DNA of 64,000 bases from Mobula hypostoma (GCF_963921235.1 NC_086108.1:89840001-89904000); one strand, 5' to 3'; shown: positions 1-13,019, numbered from the stretch's first letter. The notes: generated by a model from the letters alone, not told the origin. Numbers and translations are program-made.

Positions 1-2098
1 CTCACGTCTCAGGAGTTCCACGATTTATTCACCCAGCATGTATTGAATTGCAGTGAACATGCAAACTTGCAGTGCTTGTGATATAAAAAAAAGGAATTCT
101 TAAAAGTCTGAAAAACTTATTAAATTTTTTAAAAGCAAAGATCATATTTACTGGTCCTCACCAACCACCTTCTGCTTGAAATATGTATCAAATAAATATG
201 AATATCTCAACTTATAAATGGCTGCACCTGGCACATTTCATTACAAAAAGATGGCTCAATGCAAAGAAATCCTTGTTTCTGAAATAGACAATAGGTGCAG
301 GAGTAGGCCATTCAGCCCTTCGAGCCAGCACCACCATTCACTGTGATCATGGCTGATCATCCACAATCAGTACCCTTTTCTGCCTTCTCCAATATCCCTT
401 CACTCCGCTATCTTTAAGAGCTCTACCTAACTCTTTCTTGAAAGAATCCAGAGAATTGGCCTCCACTGCCTTCTGAGGCAGAGCACTCCACAGAACCACA
501 ATCCTCTGTGTGAAAAAGTTTTTCCTCAACTCTGTTCTAAATTGTCTACTCCTTATTCCTAAACTGTGACCTCTGGTTCTGGACTCCTCCAACATCGGGA
601 ACACATTTCCTGCCTCTAGCGTGTCCAATCCCTTAATAATCTTATATGTTTCAATCAGATCCCCTCTCATCCTTCTAAATTCCAGTGTATACAATCCCAG
701 TCGCTCCAATCTTTCAACATATGACAGTCCCTCCATCCCGGGAATTAACCTTGTGAACCTACGCTGCACTCCCTCAATAGCTAGAATGTCCTTCCTCAAA
801 TTTGGAGACCAACCACAATATTCCACATGTGGTCTCACCAGGGCCCTATACAACTGCAGAAGGACCTCTTTGCTCCTATACTCAACTCCCCTCGTTATGA
901 AGGCCATCATGCTATTAGCTTTCTTCACTGCCTGCTATACCTGCATGCTTACTTTCAGTGACTGATGAACAAGGACACCTAGATCTCGTTGTACTTCCCC
1001 TTTTCCTAACTTGACACCATTCAGATAGTAATCTGCCTTCCTGTTCTTGCCACCAAAGTGGATAACCTCACATTTATCCACATTAAACTGCATCTGCCCA
1101 CTCACCCAACCTGTCCAAGTCACCCTGCATTCTCATAACATCCTCCTCACATTTCACACTGCCTCCCAGCTTTGTGTCATCGACAAATTTGCTAATGTTA
1201 CTTTTAATCCCTTCATCTAAATCATTAATGTATATTATACATAGCTGCGGTCCCAGCACCGAGCCTTGCGGTACCCCACTAGTCACCATCTGCCATTCTG
1301 AAAGGGACCCATTAATCCCTACTCTTTGTTTCCTGTCTGCCAATCAATTTTCTATCCATGTCAGTACCCTACCCCCAATACCGTTTGCTCTAATTTTGCA
1401 CACTAACCTCCCATGTGGGACCTTATCAAAAGGCTTTCTGAAAGTCCAGGTACACTACATCCACTGGCTTTCCCACGTCCATTTTCATAGTTACATTCTC
1501 AAAAAATTCCAGAAGATTAGTCAAGCATGATTTCCCCTTCGTAAATCCATGCTGACTCTTTCCTATTCTGCCACTGCTATCCAAATATGCCGCTATTACA
1601 TCTTTTATAATTGATTCCAGCATCTTCCCCACCACTAATGTCAGACTAACTGGTCTATAATTGCCTGTTTTCTCTCTCCCTCCTTTCTTAAAAAGTGGGA
1701 TAACATTAACTACCCTCCAATCCGCAGGAACTGATCCTGAATCTATAGAACATTGGAAAATGATTACCAATGCATCCACGATTTCTAGAGCCACCTCCTT
1801 AAATGGCTGGGACCGCAGCTATTTAGAGACCATCAGGCCCTGGGGATTTATCAACCTTCAGTCCCATCTGTTTACCCAACACCATTTTGTGCCTAATGCG
1901 AATTTCCTTCAGTTCCTCTGTTACCCTTGGTCCTCTGGCCACTATTACATCTGGGAGATTGTTTGTGTCTTCCCTAGTGAAGACAGATCCAAAGTAGCTG
2001 TTCAGCTCGTCTGCCATTTCCTTGTTCCCCATAATTTCACACGTTTCTGTCTTCAAGGGCCCAACTTTGGTCTTAACTAATTTTTTCCTCTTCACATA

Positions 2099-3657
2099 CA
2101 GGTTTCCTCTGCCATCCGAAGGTAGAGCGTTCCTATGAAAAGGTTCGTAAGCCGGAATGTCATAAAGCGAAGAAGCAATTACCATTTATACGGGAAAAAT
2201 TTGTGAGCATTCGCAGACCCAAAAATAACCTACCAAATCATGCCAAATAACACATAAAACCTAAAATAACAGTAACATATAGTAAAAGCAGGAATGATAT
2301 GATGAATACACAGCCTATATAAAGTAGAAATACTGTACTTTTCCACAATAATTGCCTGCACTTTCCTCCGTAGCGAAAATCTCACGCAAGCACTCTTGGC
2401 AAAAACACGGCACAAGCGCTCTCCAGTAACCTTTAAGCTATGAAGCTGCCAAATCATACCAAATAATGCATAAAAATACACGGCCTATATAAAGTAGAAA
2501 TAATGTATGTACAGTGTAGCATCACTTACGGGAATCGGGAAGACAGCGCAGAGCACACTGATGATGGTGTGTTAGGCTGAGTCATCGCAGGTTGGGGTGG
2601 TGCAGTGGCCCCCACCCTCCGGGCAGCAAACCGATACCGGGCCGCGAAGCATGCAGGGGTACAGCGGTAACCAGGAGGCACACAGCGCATCTTTAAGAAA
2701 AAAGCCAAAATAAACAAGCTAATTAATTAGGTGCCGCCCGGTACGTAAATGTTGGCCCAGATCAGAGGCGTCGCAATCAGCAATCACCTCTGATCTGGGC
2801 TGACATTTACGTGCCAGGCGGTACCTAATTAATTAGCTTGTTTATTTCGGCTTTTTCTCTTAAAGATGTGCTGGGTGTCTCCTGGCTACTGCTGCATTCT
2901 CTGCGAATCGGTATCTGTCCGCGGCCCGGGGTTTGGGGTGGTGGGACACTGGGGTGTCATCTCGTCGTCTGCTTCCATTAGGGCAGGCAGCTCATCTTCT
3001 CCTATGTCTGCCTGCCTCAATAGAGAAGGTCGAGGTTCGTCATCTGCTATGGCTGATGTAGAAGGCTTGAAAAACGACAGTATGCTTGACTGCTTAGCCT
3101 CGCGCATTTTTCTATCATACAGCTCTTTGTAAGCACTCAAACCATCCTGCAAATATGCCCTAAACCGACGTACCCAGTTCCTGGACGACTTCACTTTCGC
3201 TACTGCATTCAGTTTTGATTGTTATCCTTTCCTCTTGCAATTGCATCAGCTCTTCATCTATCAGTTCTTGGTCATGGGATGCCAAAACCTCTTCAACATC
3301 ACCTTCGTCAACTTCCACAAGCTAAACTCACTTTGTCCTTACTTCGTTCACCACGATTGAAACCCGTAATTATGTCTAGTTTTATGCTAAGTGTAACACC
3401 CTTATGAGCTCTTTTAGGCTTTTCTGATACCTTAGAACTCATTTTGCTCAGAGGCATGTGTGTAAGCAATGCCGGTGAGAATGCAGTTCTGAATCCCGGG
3501 GAGAGCGCCTGCTTGGGGCACGTGCTGATTTTTATCACGTGCTGCTTTTTTCATAACAGTGAAAACACCTTCTGTTAGCAAAAACAAGGAACTAATGTAG
3601 GTCTTTCCTAACAGTGGGGTTTCGTAAAGCGAACGTTCGAAAAGCGGGGGACACCTG
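2099..3657 (-). mobile_element. Non-autonomous Tigger/pogo-like DNA transposon
   Basis: Termini CAGGTTTCC...GGACACCTG with TA duplication at 2097-2098 and 3658-3659. Removing it rejoins CR1 (KSFFRYVK). Carries pogo N-terminal HTH-like (KRAHKGVTLSIKLDII) and C-terminal (YKELYDRKMREAKQSSILSFFKP) remnants. No DDD domain seen. Confidence 0.9.
2603..2951. mobile_element. Palindromic hAT/Charlie-like MITE nested in the Tigger element
   Basis: Ends CAGTGGCCCC.../...GGGACACTG resemble the left end of the hAT element at 17842, sharing ACCGGGCCGC..AGCATGC. Internal inverted arms of about 110 bp (2662-2770 and 2784-2894). Flanks share GGGTG, a partial TSD. Confidence 0.65.
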
Positions 3658-4269
3658 TACCTAAAGAAGCTTTTACTAACCTCCTTTGTATTTTTGTCTA
3701 GCTTACCTTCTTACCTCATCTTTTCCCCCTGTATTGCCTTTTTAGTTTCTTCTGTTGCTCCTTAAAGGTCTCCCAATCCTCTGGCTTCCCACTCATCCTT
3801 GCTGTGTTATACTTCCTCTCTTTTATTTTTATACTGTCCTTGACTTCCCTTGTCATCCACGGTCGCCCCTTACTCCCCTTAGAACCCTTCTTCCTCTTTG
3901 GAATGAACTGATCCTGCCTCTTCTGTATTATTCCCAGAAATACCTGCCATTGGTGTTCTACTGTCATCCCTGCTAAGGTATCTTTCCAGTCAACTTTGGC
4001 CAGCTCCTCCCTCATGTGTCCATAGTCCCCTTTGTTCAACTGTAATACTGACACTTCCGATCTTCCCTTCCCCCTCTCAAATTGTAGATTAAAACTTACC
4101 ATATTATGGTCACTACCTCCTAATGGCTCCTTTACCTCGAGTTCCCTTATCAAATCTGGCTCATTACATAACACTAAATCTATGCATTTTTTAAAAAAAA
4201 TTGTATTATTAATCTACTTTAACTGTTTCCAGTACAGAACATCAAAAATTTCATCATGACAACAGTTAA

Positions 4270-4472
4270 TTAGCTCCTCCCAGCGCCTTGAGGCATATCA
4301 TCAGGCAACCTTGCTGTCTCTTTAGTGTTTATGTGTTTTTTACATGGCCGAATTGTTAGCTTGATGTTCAACCCAGCACGGATGGAAAGTGTGCAAGAAG
4401 TCGGCTGGGTTCGAACCCAGGACCACTCGCCTCAAAGTCTGGTGCAGATGCCACTACACCACTAGCCAGCTT
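4270..4472 (-). mobile_element. tRNA-headed SINE
   Basis: Minus strand has Pol III A-box TGGTGTAGTGG and B-box GGTTCGAACCC. A second copy lies at 47640-47819/51094-51120. Confidence 0.75.
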
Positions 4473-4519
4473 ACCATGTCAACAGGTGATTCACAAAACG
4501 TGGAGGATAGCATCTACCT

Positions 4520-5300
4520 ATCATAAAGTCTTACAGCAAGGAAATAGACCTTTTGGCCCACTACATCAATGCCAATATTTATTTATACTAATCTCATTTA
4601 CCTGAACTTGATTCTCAGTCTGTATCTGGCAATTCAACTGGTCATTGAGATGTTACCTAAATGTTGACTAAATACCTCCTTTCATCACCCTCGCAGGTAG
4701 TGTGTCCCAGATTGTAACCATTCTTTGGTTGAAAAGATTCTTCCTGTGCACGCTCACCATAAACCTATGCCCTCTGGTCTTAAACAACACTACCATGGCA
4801 GAGAGTCTCTGATTATACATGTTGATCAGGTCACCCTTCAGCCTGTTCTGCTCTAGTGAAGCAAATACAGTTCTTTCTGTCTCTCCATACATGTAATTAA
4901 AACGTTCCATTATTGGCTGCATCCCTCGTAGGACTAGCTCCAAAAAAAAGTCCTCCTGGAGGTATTATAAAAATTCCACCCAGTCTCATTTTTTCGCAAA
5001 GTAAATACTGAATCTAAAATCTCCATGCTATTATAAAGATTTATTCTGAACCCCTCTATAGATTGTCTTCTTCTGTCGCCTGCTGACTTGGGAGGCCTGT
5101 ATTATAATCCATGCAAAGTAATTGTCCCCATTTCTGACCTCTGTCAACATGGCCTCATTTGTAGAACCTTCAAAGAAATCCTTCATCACTACAGCAGAGA
5201 TGATCTCACTGATCACTAATGAACACCCCCTCCTCTTTTACATTCCCCATTATGCCTGAAATTCCGGGACCTTGAAGGGTTACGTTGCCAGTCTTCAGGC
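4520..5300 (-). mobile_element. Old degenerate CR1 fragments
   Basis: Residual peptide SLEQNRLKGDLI...TRGHRF...FNQRMVTIWDTLP and a CR1-like tail. Confidence 0.7.
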
Positions 5301-5454
5301 AAAATGTCTGATTATTTTCTACTCCATTTTGCATTGTCTATAACTTCTATTTTACCAAAGTAATTGATACTTCTGTATCAATTGTTATCCCTGCAAATAT
5401 CAAAGACACACCTCAAAGCAAGGGTCAAATTCTATCTAACGCAGACTTCGGGAA

Positions 5455-5945
5455 GAGACAGTAGCATAGCAGTTAGTAGAGCACTATTACAGCGCCAGTG
5501 ACCTGGGTTTGATCCTGCCGCTGCCTACAAGGAGTTTGTACATTCTCCCTGTGACTGTGAGAGTTTTATTCCGGGTGCTCCAGTTTCCCCCACATTCCAA
5601 AGACATGTGGGTTAGTTGGTTAATTAACCGCATGGGTGTAACTGGGGAGTAAGAGCTCGTGGGCTGTATCTCTTAGGGCAGCATAGTGGTTAGCACAACA
5701 CTTTACAGTACCAGCGACCAAGTTCAATTCCCGGAACTGACCAGAAGAAGTTTGTACGTACTCCTCGTGACCGTGTGGGTTTCCTCCCACAATTCACAGA
5801 CATACCAGCTGGCAGGTTAATTGATCATTGTAAATTGTCCCATGATTAGGCTAAGGTTAAATGGGAGGTGGGGGATTGCTAGGCGGTATGGCTTGAAGGG
5901 CCGGAAGGGCCTGTTCCACACTACCTCAATTAATAAACAAAACAG
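5455..5945 (+). mobile_element. Two tandem V-SINE (HE1/SacSINE-like) copies
   Basis: tRNA-like heads (GTGGTTAGCAC...GTTCAATTCC) and V-domain-like GGAGTTTGTACATTCTCCCTGTG...CCGGGTGCTCCAGTTTCCCCCACATTCCAAAGAC. Confidence 0.8.
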
Positions 5946-6974
5946 AATTCTTCAGAGCAGCTTCTCAACGTATATACCATTTTACAATTAAACTTCTGCA
6001 TGTTTCACTCTCAATTTTATTTTTGAGTTTTCTGACTTGCAAACCACCTTTAATTTCGGCATATGATTTTTAATTACCAGTAAATTCGATATAATTTTGT
6101 TGCCCAGCTTTTGTAGCAGCAATCGTTAAATGATGAGATTGAACCTTAGCAAATTCAGCAGGTGATTCAGAAGGAGAAATATAAGATTTCAGTCTCAAGG
6201 TTAGCAATAAAGTTGAATATTAGATAAGGCCAAGCCAGGAATCTAGTTGAAGCTGTAATGGTTTCCACTCTGAATTTCTTGGCAAGATCATCAGTTTGAA
6301 AAGATTTTTTTTCTGAGCTATGACTAAACACAGGCAGTGCTGAATCAATATTAGCATTACTTTCACAGTTTCCTGTTCAAGTTCTTTCTTCCCCCTCCCG
6401 AAACACCTTCAAGATTCTCTCTTCAAAATTCCGAAAGCACTGATTTCAGAAACCCCAAGAATTAATGCAAGTCTTTTCAAGATGCAATCAATAGACTATT
6501 CTTTCAACCGAGTAAAGTCTTTTCTTTTGAATACAGTAACTTGAAAAGTTAACTCTTTCATTTATCACAGACGTTGTCTGAAATACTTGTTTCCAGCATT
6601 TTCATTTTATTTCAGATATCTTTGCATTTTTTAAACCCCCTCCTGTCATCTCTCTGCTCTAGAAAATAGAGGTCCAGATTACTGAGTACCTTCTCATTCA
6701 AAGATCTGCCATTCCAGACACCTATCTAGAGAATCTTTGCTGTCTTCCTCCACTACACATGCAATGAGACCAAATTTAAATGTAAGTCACCAGATATGGT
6801 TCGTAATATCCGACTCAATTGCAGCAGGGAATTTTCTACTGTAGTCAAATTCTCTTTCACTAAATGCCCACTACCATTTGCCTTTCTAACTGCTCTGTTG
6901 CACTACCATTAAAAACATTCCTGTCAAAGCTCACATTTTCAGCACTTTACACCATCTGCCATGATGGAGTCAGA

Positions 6975-7328
6975 GAAAGAGTTGGGGGGGGGGGAGAAGG
7001 GAGGAAAAAAACACTGGGTGATAGATGAAACAGTGAAGGAGAAGAGTAAAGGTTTGGGAAGTTGATTGGTGAAAGAGATACAGGGCTGGAGAAGGGGGAA
7101 TCTAATAGGAGAGGACAGATAGGTTTCACCTATCACCTTGTGTATCTCTCTCCGCTTGCCCCATCTTCTTACTCTGACTCATCTTTTTTTCTCCAGTCCT
7201 GCTGAAGGGTCTTGGCCCAAAACGTTGACTGTATTCTTTTCCACAGATGCTGCCTGGCCTATTGAGTTCCTCCAGCATTTTGTGTGTGTTTACTTGGATT
7301 TCCAGCATCTGCAGATTTTCTCTTGTTT
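6975..7328 (+). mobile_element. Penelope-derived short repeat with inverted 5' part and decayed hammerhead motif
   Basis: CAGTC-CTGCTGA-AGGGTCTTGGCCC-AAAA-CGTT-GACTG at 7194-7231, followed by the family tail GATGCTGCCTGGCC..GAGTTCCTCCAGCATTTTGTGTG. GGTGATAGATGAAAC and GTTTCACCTATCACC form an inverted pair. Confidence 0.7.
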
Positions 7329-7409
7329 GGATTATTTACAATTCCACTCACTTAAGTCATCACCAGATCTGCAAATGTTATTTGCTGTACTCAGCCAAAT
7401 AGTTGATAT

Positions 7410-7685
7410 AGGGGTGTCACCGTAGCGTAGCGGTTAGTGCAACGTTATTACAGCTCGGAGTTCAATTCTGGTGTTGTAAGGAGTTGGTATATTCTTACAA
7501 TCACCACACATTTCCTCCAGGTGCCTCAGTTTCCACCCTCAATCCAAAGATGTAACAATTAGGAGGTTAATCAGTCATTGTAAATTGTCCTGCAATTAGA
7601 CTAGTGTTAAATAGGTGGGTTGCTGGGCAGCGCAGATCAATGGGTTAGTAGGCCTGTTCACACTGTATCTCTAAATAAAATAAAT
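7410..7685 (+). mobile_element. V-SINE (HE1-like)
   Basis: GTAGCGGTTAGTGC head, GAGTTCAATTC B-box, V-domain remnants and an A-rich tail. Confidence 0.7.
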
Positions 7686-8808
7686 TGTCCACACTTACAG
7701 GGCCCAAGCATTGATCGTCATGACGCTCTGCAGCTTTCAATCTGTCGACGTGAGCAGCAGCCATTTATTCCCACTGTTTTGTTAACCAATTCTCAAATAT
7801 ATAACCCCCAAATTCATGTGCTCTAAATTTATTCACTAACATCCAGTGTACATCCTCAAAGATGTCTGCTTGATTAGTCAAATATGATTCCCTTTTTGCA
7901 AATCTAAGCTGAGTCAGCAAACTGTGATGGAACATCCTTTTATCAATGATATGTTTGCAATTAAGATGAAAGACTAAGAGGTAAATCTCTCCTTTGTTTC
8001 TTACATTGTGGAGACATATTTGCTATCCTTAACAGTAGTCATCCAGGAGAGTTGCTGTACTGCAGCCATTTGGCTCCTGGACCATCTTCACTCACCTCAG
8101 TACTCACTTTGCTGCTATTTACTCACTTTCAGGAACTCGGCAGCTTATGCGCTATGTTATGTTATGCGCTGTTTTTTCCTATTTGCATGACTTGTCCTCT
8201 TTTGCATATTAGATGTTTGCCAGTCTTTGTTGTATGTGTTTTTTGTGGATTTTATTCTGTTTCCTTGTTTTGTGTATGCCTGCAAGATGAATCTCAAGGT
8301 TGTAAATGGTATACACACTTTGATAATAAATTTGAACTTTGAATAGAGACCATTCCTGAATTTACAGAATTCTATACAGTGACAACCAGAGCATTAGCCA
8401 CATTTTTCAAAACCCTGGGATGCAGATCAGCAAGTCCTTGTGATTTAGCAGGTTTGAGAATCATTTAATTCACCTAGTATTTTGTTTTACTAGTAACGAT
8501 TACTTCTCTCTTCTATCTGGATTCTTAGTTCTCTAATAACTCCCAGAGCTTTGTATGCCTGCTCCATTAAGTATTTAATTCCTCAGCCATTTCCTTCATT
8601 ATAAATCTCCTATCTCTGTACGTGTTCACATTGCTAGTCACTTAAAAATCAAAACTATAGAAATACTAAATTTTATTAAATACTCTTTCACTAGTCTTAA
8701 ACAGTGACCCATTGCTCTAGATTCTCAGCATTCAGCATTCTCCAATGAAAAACCGTGCTTCAGACAAGACCAATATGACTCACCTACACTCCAACGGATA
8801 CAAGTATA

Positions 8809-9000
8809 ACAACAGGAATTCTGCCGATGCTGGAAATTCAAGCAACACACATCAAAGTTGCTGGTGAACGCAGCAGGCCAAGCAGCATCTGTAGGAAGAG
8901 GTGCAGTCGACGTTTCAGGCCGAGACCCTTCGTCAGGACTGCAGTCGACTGCACCTCTTCCTACAGATGCTGCTTGGCCTGCTGCATTCACCAGCAACTT
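8809..9000 (-). mobile_element. Young Penelope-type short insertion, palindromic, 13-bp TSD
   Basis: GGATACAAGTATA is duplicated at 8796-8808 and 9001-9013. Inverted arms 8855-8911 and 8944-9000 match at 56/57 positions. Confidence 0.85.
8902..8943 (-). ncRNA. Minimal type I hammerhead ribozyme
   Basis: Minus strand reads UGCAGUC-CUGACGA-AGG GUCUCGG CCU-GAAA-C-GUC-GACUGCA. This gives a complete CUGANGA/GAAA core, a GUC cleavage triplet, 7-bp helix I, a short helix II and a vestigial self-complementary helix III (ACGU). Confidence 0.8.
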
Positions 9001-10305
9001 GGATACAAGTATAGTCTGCCTAACTTTCTCACAAGGCATTTCATGCATTCGAATTATTAGTCGAATGAAGCTTCTCTGAACAACTTCAAATGCATTACCT
9101 TTCCTTAAATATGGTAAACACTATGCATAGTACTCCATATTGGATCACACCAATGCCCTATAACTGAAACCCAAACTCCCAATTTTTATACTCAATGCTC
9201 CAAGGAAGATTCAGTTTGCTTTCATCATGTGATGTTCTTGGAGACTAGTCATTTGTAAACCATATACCAAGACACTCTCAGAGCTTTGCAGTCTCTCATG
9301 ACTTAACCAGTCAACAAAGGTATTGATGACATCCCTTATTAAGAATGCTACACTATTCGTTTTTACTTTTTTCTGTCCTTCCTATATTTTGTCTCTAGTA
9401 GTTAAGATAATTTTGTGCAAGGGAGGGTCGCGGGGGGGTGTGTGAGTTATTGTTTCTTTTTATTTTCGTGCGGTGGAGATTACAACTAGAGTGTGTGGGG
9501 GGGGGGTGGGATTATGTCTTTCTTTCAACTACCTCTATGGGTTTCTGTATTTAACGGCTATCTGGAGAAGACAAATCTCAGACATTTACTCTGCATACAT
9601 ACTTTGATAATAAAACGAACCTTTGAACTTTGAATTAAATCATACTCATTCAAAACTATATTTATCTTTAGGTCACCTAACTTGCCATGAATGTATTATG
9701 CAATTAAGGCAAGTGCATTTATATTTGCTCTTTTGCAATTTTTATCTGGACTTTGTCCCTTTCTGCTAATTGCCTATTTATTTTGCTTACCAACCTGCAT
9801 CGTCTACTTCCAACTTTGCTTCTTTCCTCCGGATCCATCAACCACTAAGCTAGTTTAAATCACTCCTTCTCCACCCCCCCCCCACCAAAAGCAGTAGCAA
9901 ATACCAATGTAAGGATCCTGAACATGGTGCTGTTGAGCTGTGATCTGATTTACAATCCAGTTGCTCCAGTAAGACGACAAAGTTTCGGAAATCTAAATCT
10001 TTCCCTCTTGCACTATCTTCCCAACTACATTTCCATGAGCTCCGTCCTATTTCTGAAAGCTGGTCTAAACAACCCTGACCTTATAATTTAATGGTACTTT
10101 CTTCAACTGCAGAAATCCGCATGCAAGACCTCACTTTAACAAGGTCATAGCTAACAATGTGGATAACAACTTCTGGTCCCTCATCCACTTAAAGGATGTT
10201 ACCAAGTGACAACCGTGACCCTGATACTCATGAGGCAATATACCCTGCTGCATTCATGTCTGCTAACAGATGAATGCTTCCTGTAGATGCGGCTACTTAG
10301 AGTCA

Positions 10306-11290
10306 AGAGTTATACAGCATGGAAAAAGGTCCTCTGGACCAATTTTCCCATGCCAATCAATGTGCCTTTGAGCCAGTTCAATCTGCCTGCCTACATTTGG
10401 TCCAAGTTCCTCCTCTGTTCCAGGGAAAACAGTCCAGCCTATCCCATCACTCCATACAACTCAAGGCCTCCAGTCCTGGCAGCATCCTTGTGAATCTTTT
10501 CCACATCCTCTCTATCCATCCTATAATATGTGACCAGAATGGCACAATATTCTAGATGTGGTCTCAACTGTAATATAGCATCTCAGCACTTGTATTTAAT
10601 ATCGCACACAACAGAAGTAAATGTGGTAAATACCTCTCTACCACTGTGTCTCCCCATATAGCCACTTTCAGGAAACTATGTACTTTTACCCCTTAGCTTT
10701 CAATCGACAATATTTTGCAGGACTCTGTCAAACATAGTATATGTGGTGCCCCAGTTTAACTTCAAGAAATGCAACAGTAATCCAAGTTAAATTCCGTCTG
10801 CCATTTCTTAGCCCAATTTTCCAGTTGTTCTAGATCTTGCTATAATGTATGAAATCCTTCATCACTGCCCATCACAGACAAATTACATCATCTGCATCTT
10901 GATCCCAGTTGTTAATATATGACAAGCAAAGTGGACCCAGAACTGAACCCTGCAGCACACCACTGGTCATGTGAATCCAACCGGAAAAAAAACACAACTC
11001 CTCACTATCAACTTTTCCTCCACCAGCCAACTTTACATCCAATTAGCTAGCTCACCCTGCACCTCATATGATCCAACTTTTTGGACCAGCCTGCCTTATA
11101 GAAGGTCATCAAACGATTTGCCGAAGTTTATGTAATTACACCTACAATCCTCTTGGGTCACCTCTTCAAAAAAGGAGCAGTGCTTTTAAGACATGATTTT
11201 CCACATACAAAGCTATGGCAATATCACTAATCAGTCCTTGCCTTTCAAAAAAAAAGTATGATGTCACTGAGAATCCCCTCCAGTAACTTT
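10306..11290 (-). mobile_element. Degenerate CR1 LINE fragment
   Basis: CR1-like tail at 10306-10400. Plus strand shows reverse-complement RT motifs such as GGACCCAGAACTGAACCCTGCAGCACACCACTGGTCA (the GVPQGSVLGP region). Confidence 0.7.
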
Positions 11291-13019
11291 CTCAAGAAAT
11301 ATACGTGACTTTTCACATGACAGAATGCATATTCAACTCAGCTGCCCCACCATAACTCACTTTTATAAATAACTTATGAAGTAGAAAAGTCAGAAAATAC
11401 TCACCGCCTCTGAATAATCAGACATCTACATTGCACTAGAATCGTTTTTGAAGTGCGGTGTCACAATTTCAAGTCAATGCTAGGGTTGAGTCACTCTTGT
11501 GTAGCCTACTCATCACACCACCTCCTCCATCTCACTGAAGTTCACCTTCACTTCTATCCCCATATACCAGGAGACCAGGAATTAGTCACCTGACTAATTA
11601 GTTAGCATGACTACCAGTCAACTAATAGCAACTGTTCTAATCCACACCAACTTGTTTACTAATGCAAAAAAAAGCTGAAAGTTACATCTTAGTTCTCCAG
11701 CTTTAAAATAATTAAACTAATTCAATTTGAACAAAATTTAACCCTCTTACTCAAAGTCCACACTTGAATCAGGCCCTGTGCACACAAGAACCACTATATT
11801 CAAACCACAAATGTTAACTGCAATAAAATAATTCACAACAGCATCATTAACTAAATTTTTGTTGAGACAACAGTCATGAATTACTCTTCTCAGCACCTTA
11901 GACTTTAGGATAGGAAAAAATATCCAGGATATCCAGTAATGAAATTTGAACAGGTCATAGCTAAGAAGCAGGTTTTTAAAAGAGGTTCTTTTGAAAAAGG
12001 GTGGAAGCTGCAGCATCGAGATTTAATTAAGTGAAGCCCAGACAACTGAAAGACCAAAAACCGATGGTAGATTTAAGTTTACGAAGGGCATGGATCTTTA
12101 GAAAACATAAGAACATAAGAAATAGGAGTAGGTCATCTGGCCCATCGAGCCTGCCCTGCCATTTAATAAGATCATGGCTGATCAGTAAATTCAGCTCCAT
12201 CTACCTGCCTTTACCCCATGACCCTTAATTCCCCTACTATGTAAAAATCTAGCTAACTGTATCTTAAATATATTTAGTGAAGAAGCCTCATTGCTTCCTG
12301 GAGCGTGTTACAGAGGAAAGGGGACAAAATTGTAAAGTTTAAAACTATATTTAAAAAAGGGCCCTGTTATTTCAGAGTTTAAGAGAATTAAAATAGTAGC
12401 ACAAAGATATTTTAACCTACAATAACAGCTGATTGAAAGCTTTTATTTATCCTGACTCACATTTGAATACATGTTTAATACATAAAAAGTTAATCTCACA
12501 AGAGATAATTTAAAATAGAATAGAATATAATTTGATCAAAAATCATTAGCAAATGAAAATGATTTACATATCAGAGAACTTGGTTAAAAAGGATGAAGAA
12601 TATAATGCCAATGAAATGGGTTTAATTTTTTTAAAACAATTGCTTGTTGGGTTAAATAATATGGTCTGTATTTACTTCCCATTTCATAAAAGCAGCTTTA
12701 ATTTCCTCTACTAACAAAGATGTGCACTGTGGCTGAAATTTAGTGCAGTAAACCAATTTGGAACAAAGGCAAAATGGTCACCAGAATTCCTTAATGTGTA
12801 TTGATGTTTTTAAGAGCCTCGAGGATTCTGGTTCCAAGCAGAGACAAGAGTGCTACCATAACCGTATTTTCTGTGAATAAGATCATGGCTGATCAGTAAA
12901 TGGAAGGCATGTAAAATTCAATTGAAAGCAAGGAAAACTGCGTGAATGGTCAAGCAGACACCAAGATAATAAATCACAAGCTTGCTTGGGCCACATTGTG
13001 AAATTGGGAAAGGTGACAG

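Larger units (their letters stand above)
284..4181 (-). mobile_element. CR1-type LINE, 5'-truncated and frameshifted, split by a Tigger insertion
   Basis: Minus-strand ORF fragments cover the endonuclease end (PLGGSDHNMVSF), tether and RT (NYRPVSLT, QHGFTKGKSCLTNL, GVPQGSVLGP, FVDDTK) and the C-terminus. CR1 3' tail near 284-360. Confidence 0.95.

Noticed and set aside
621..2080. Plus-strand ORFs opposite the CR1 (and similar ones at 17138-17908, 46430-46696, 48287-49231, 50120-50967, 56353-56922)
   Set aside because: They are antisense shadows of LINE ORF2 with no independent gene features.
4400..4472. tRNA gene (also the SINE heads at 5455, 5677 and 7410)
   Set aside because: A and B boxes are present, but there is no complete cloverleaf and each continues into a SINE body.
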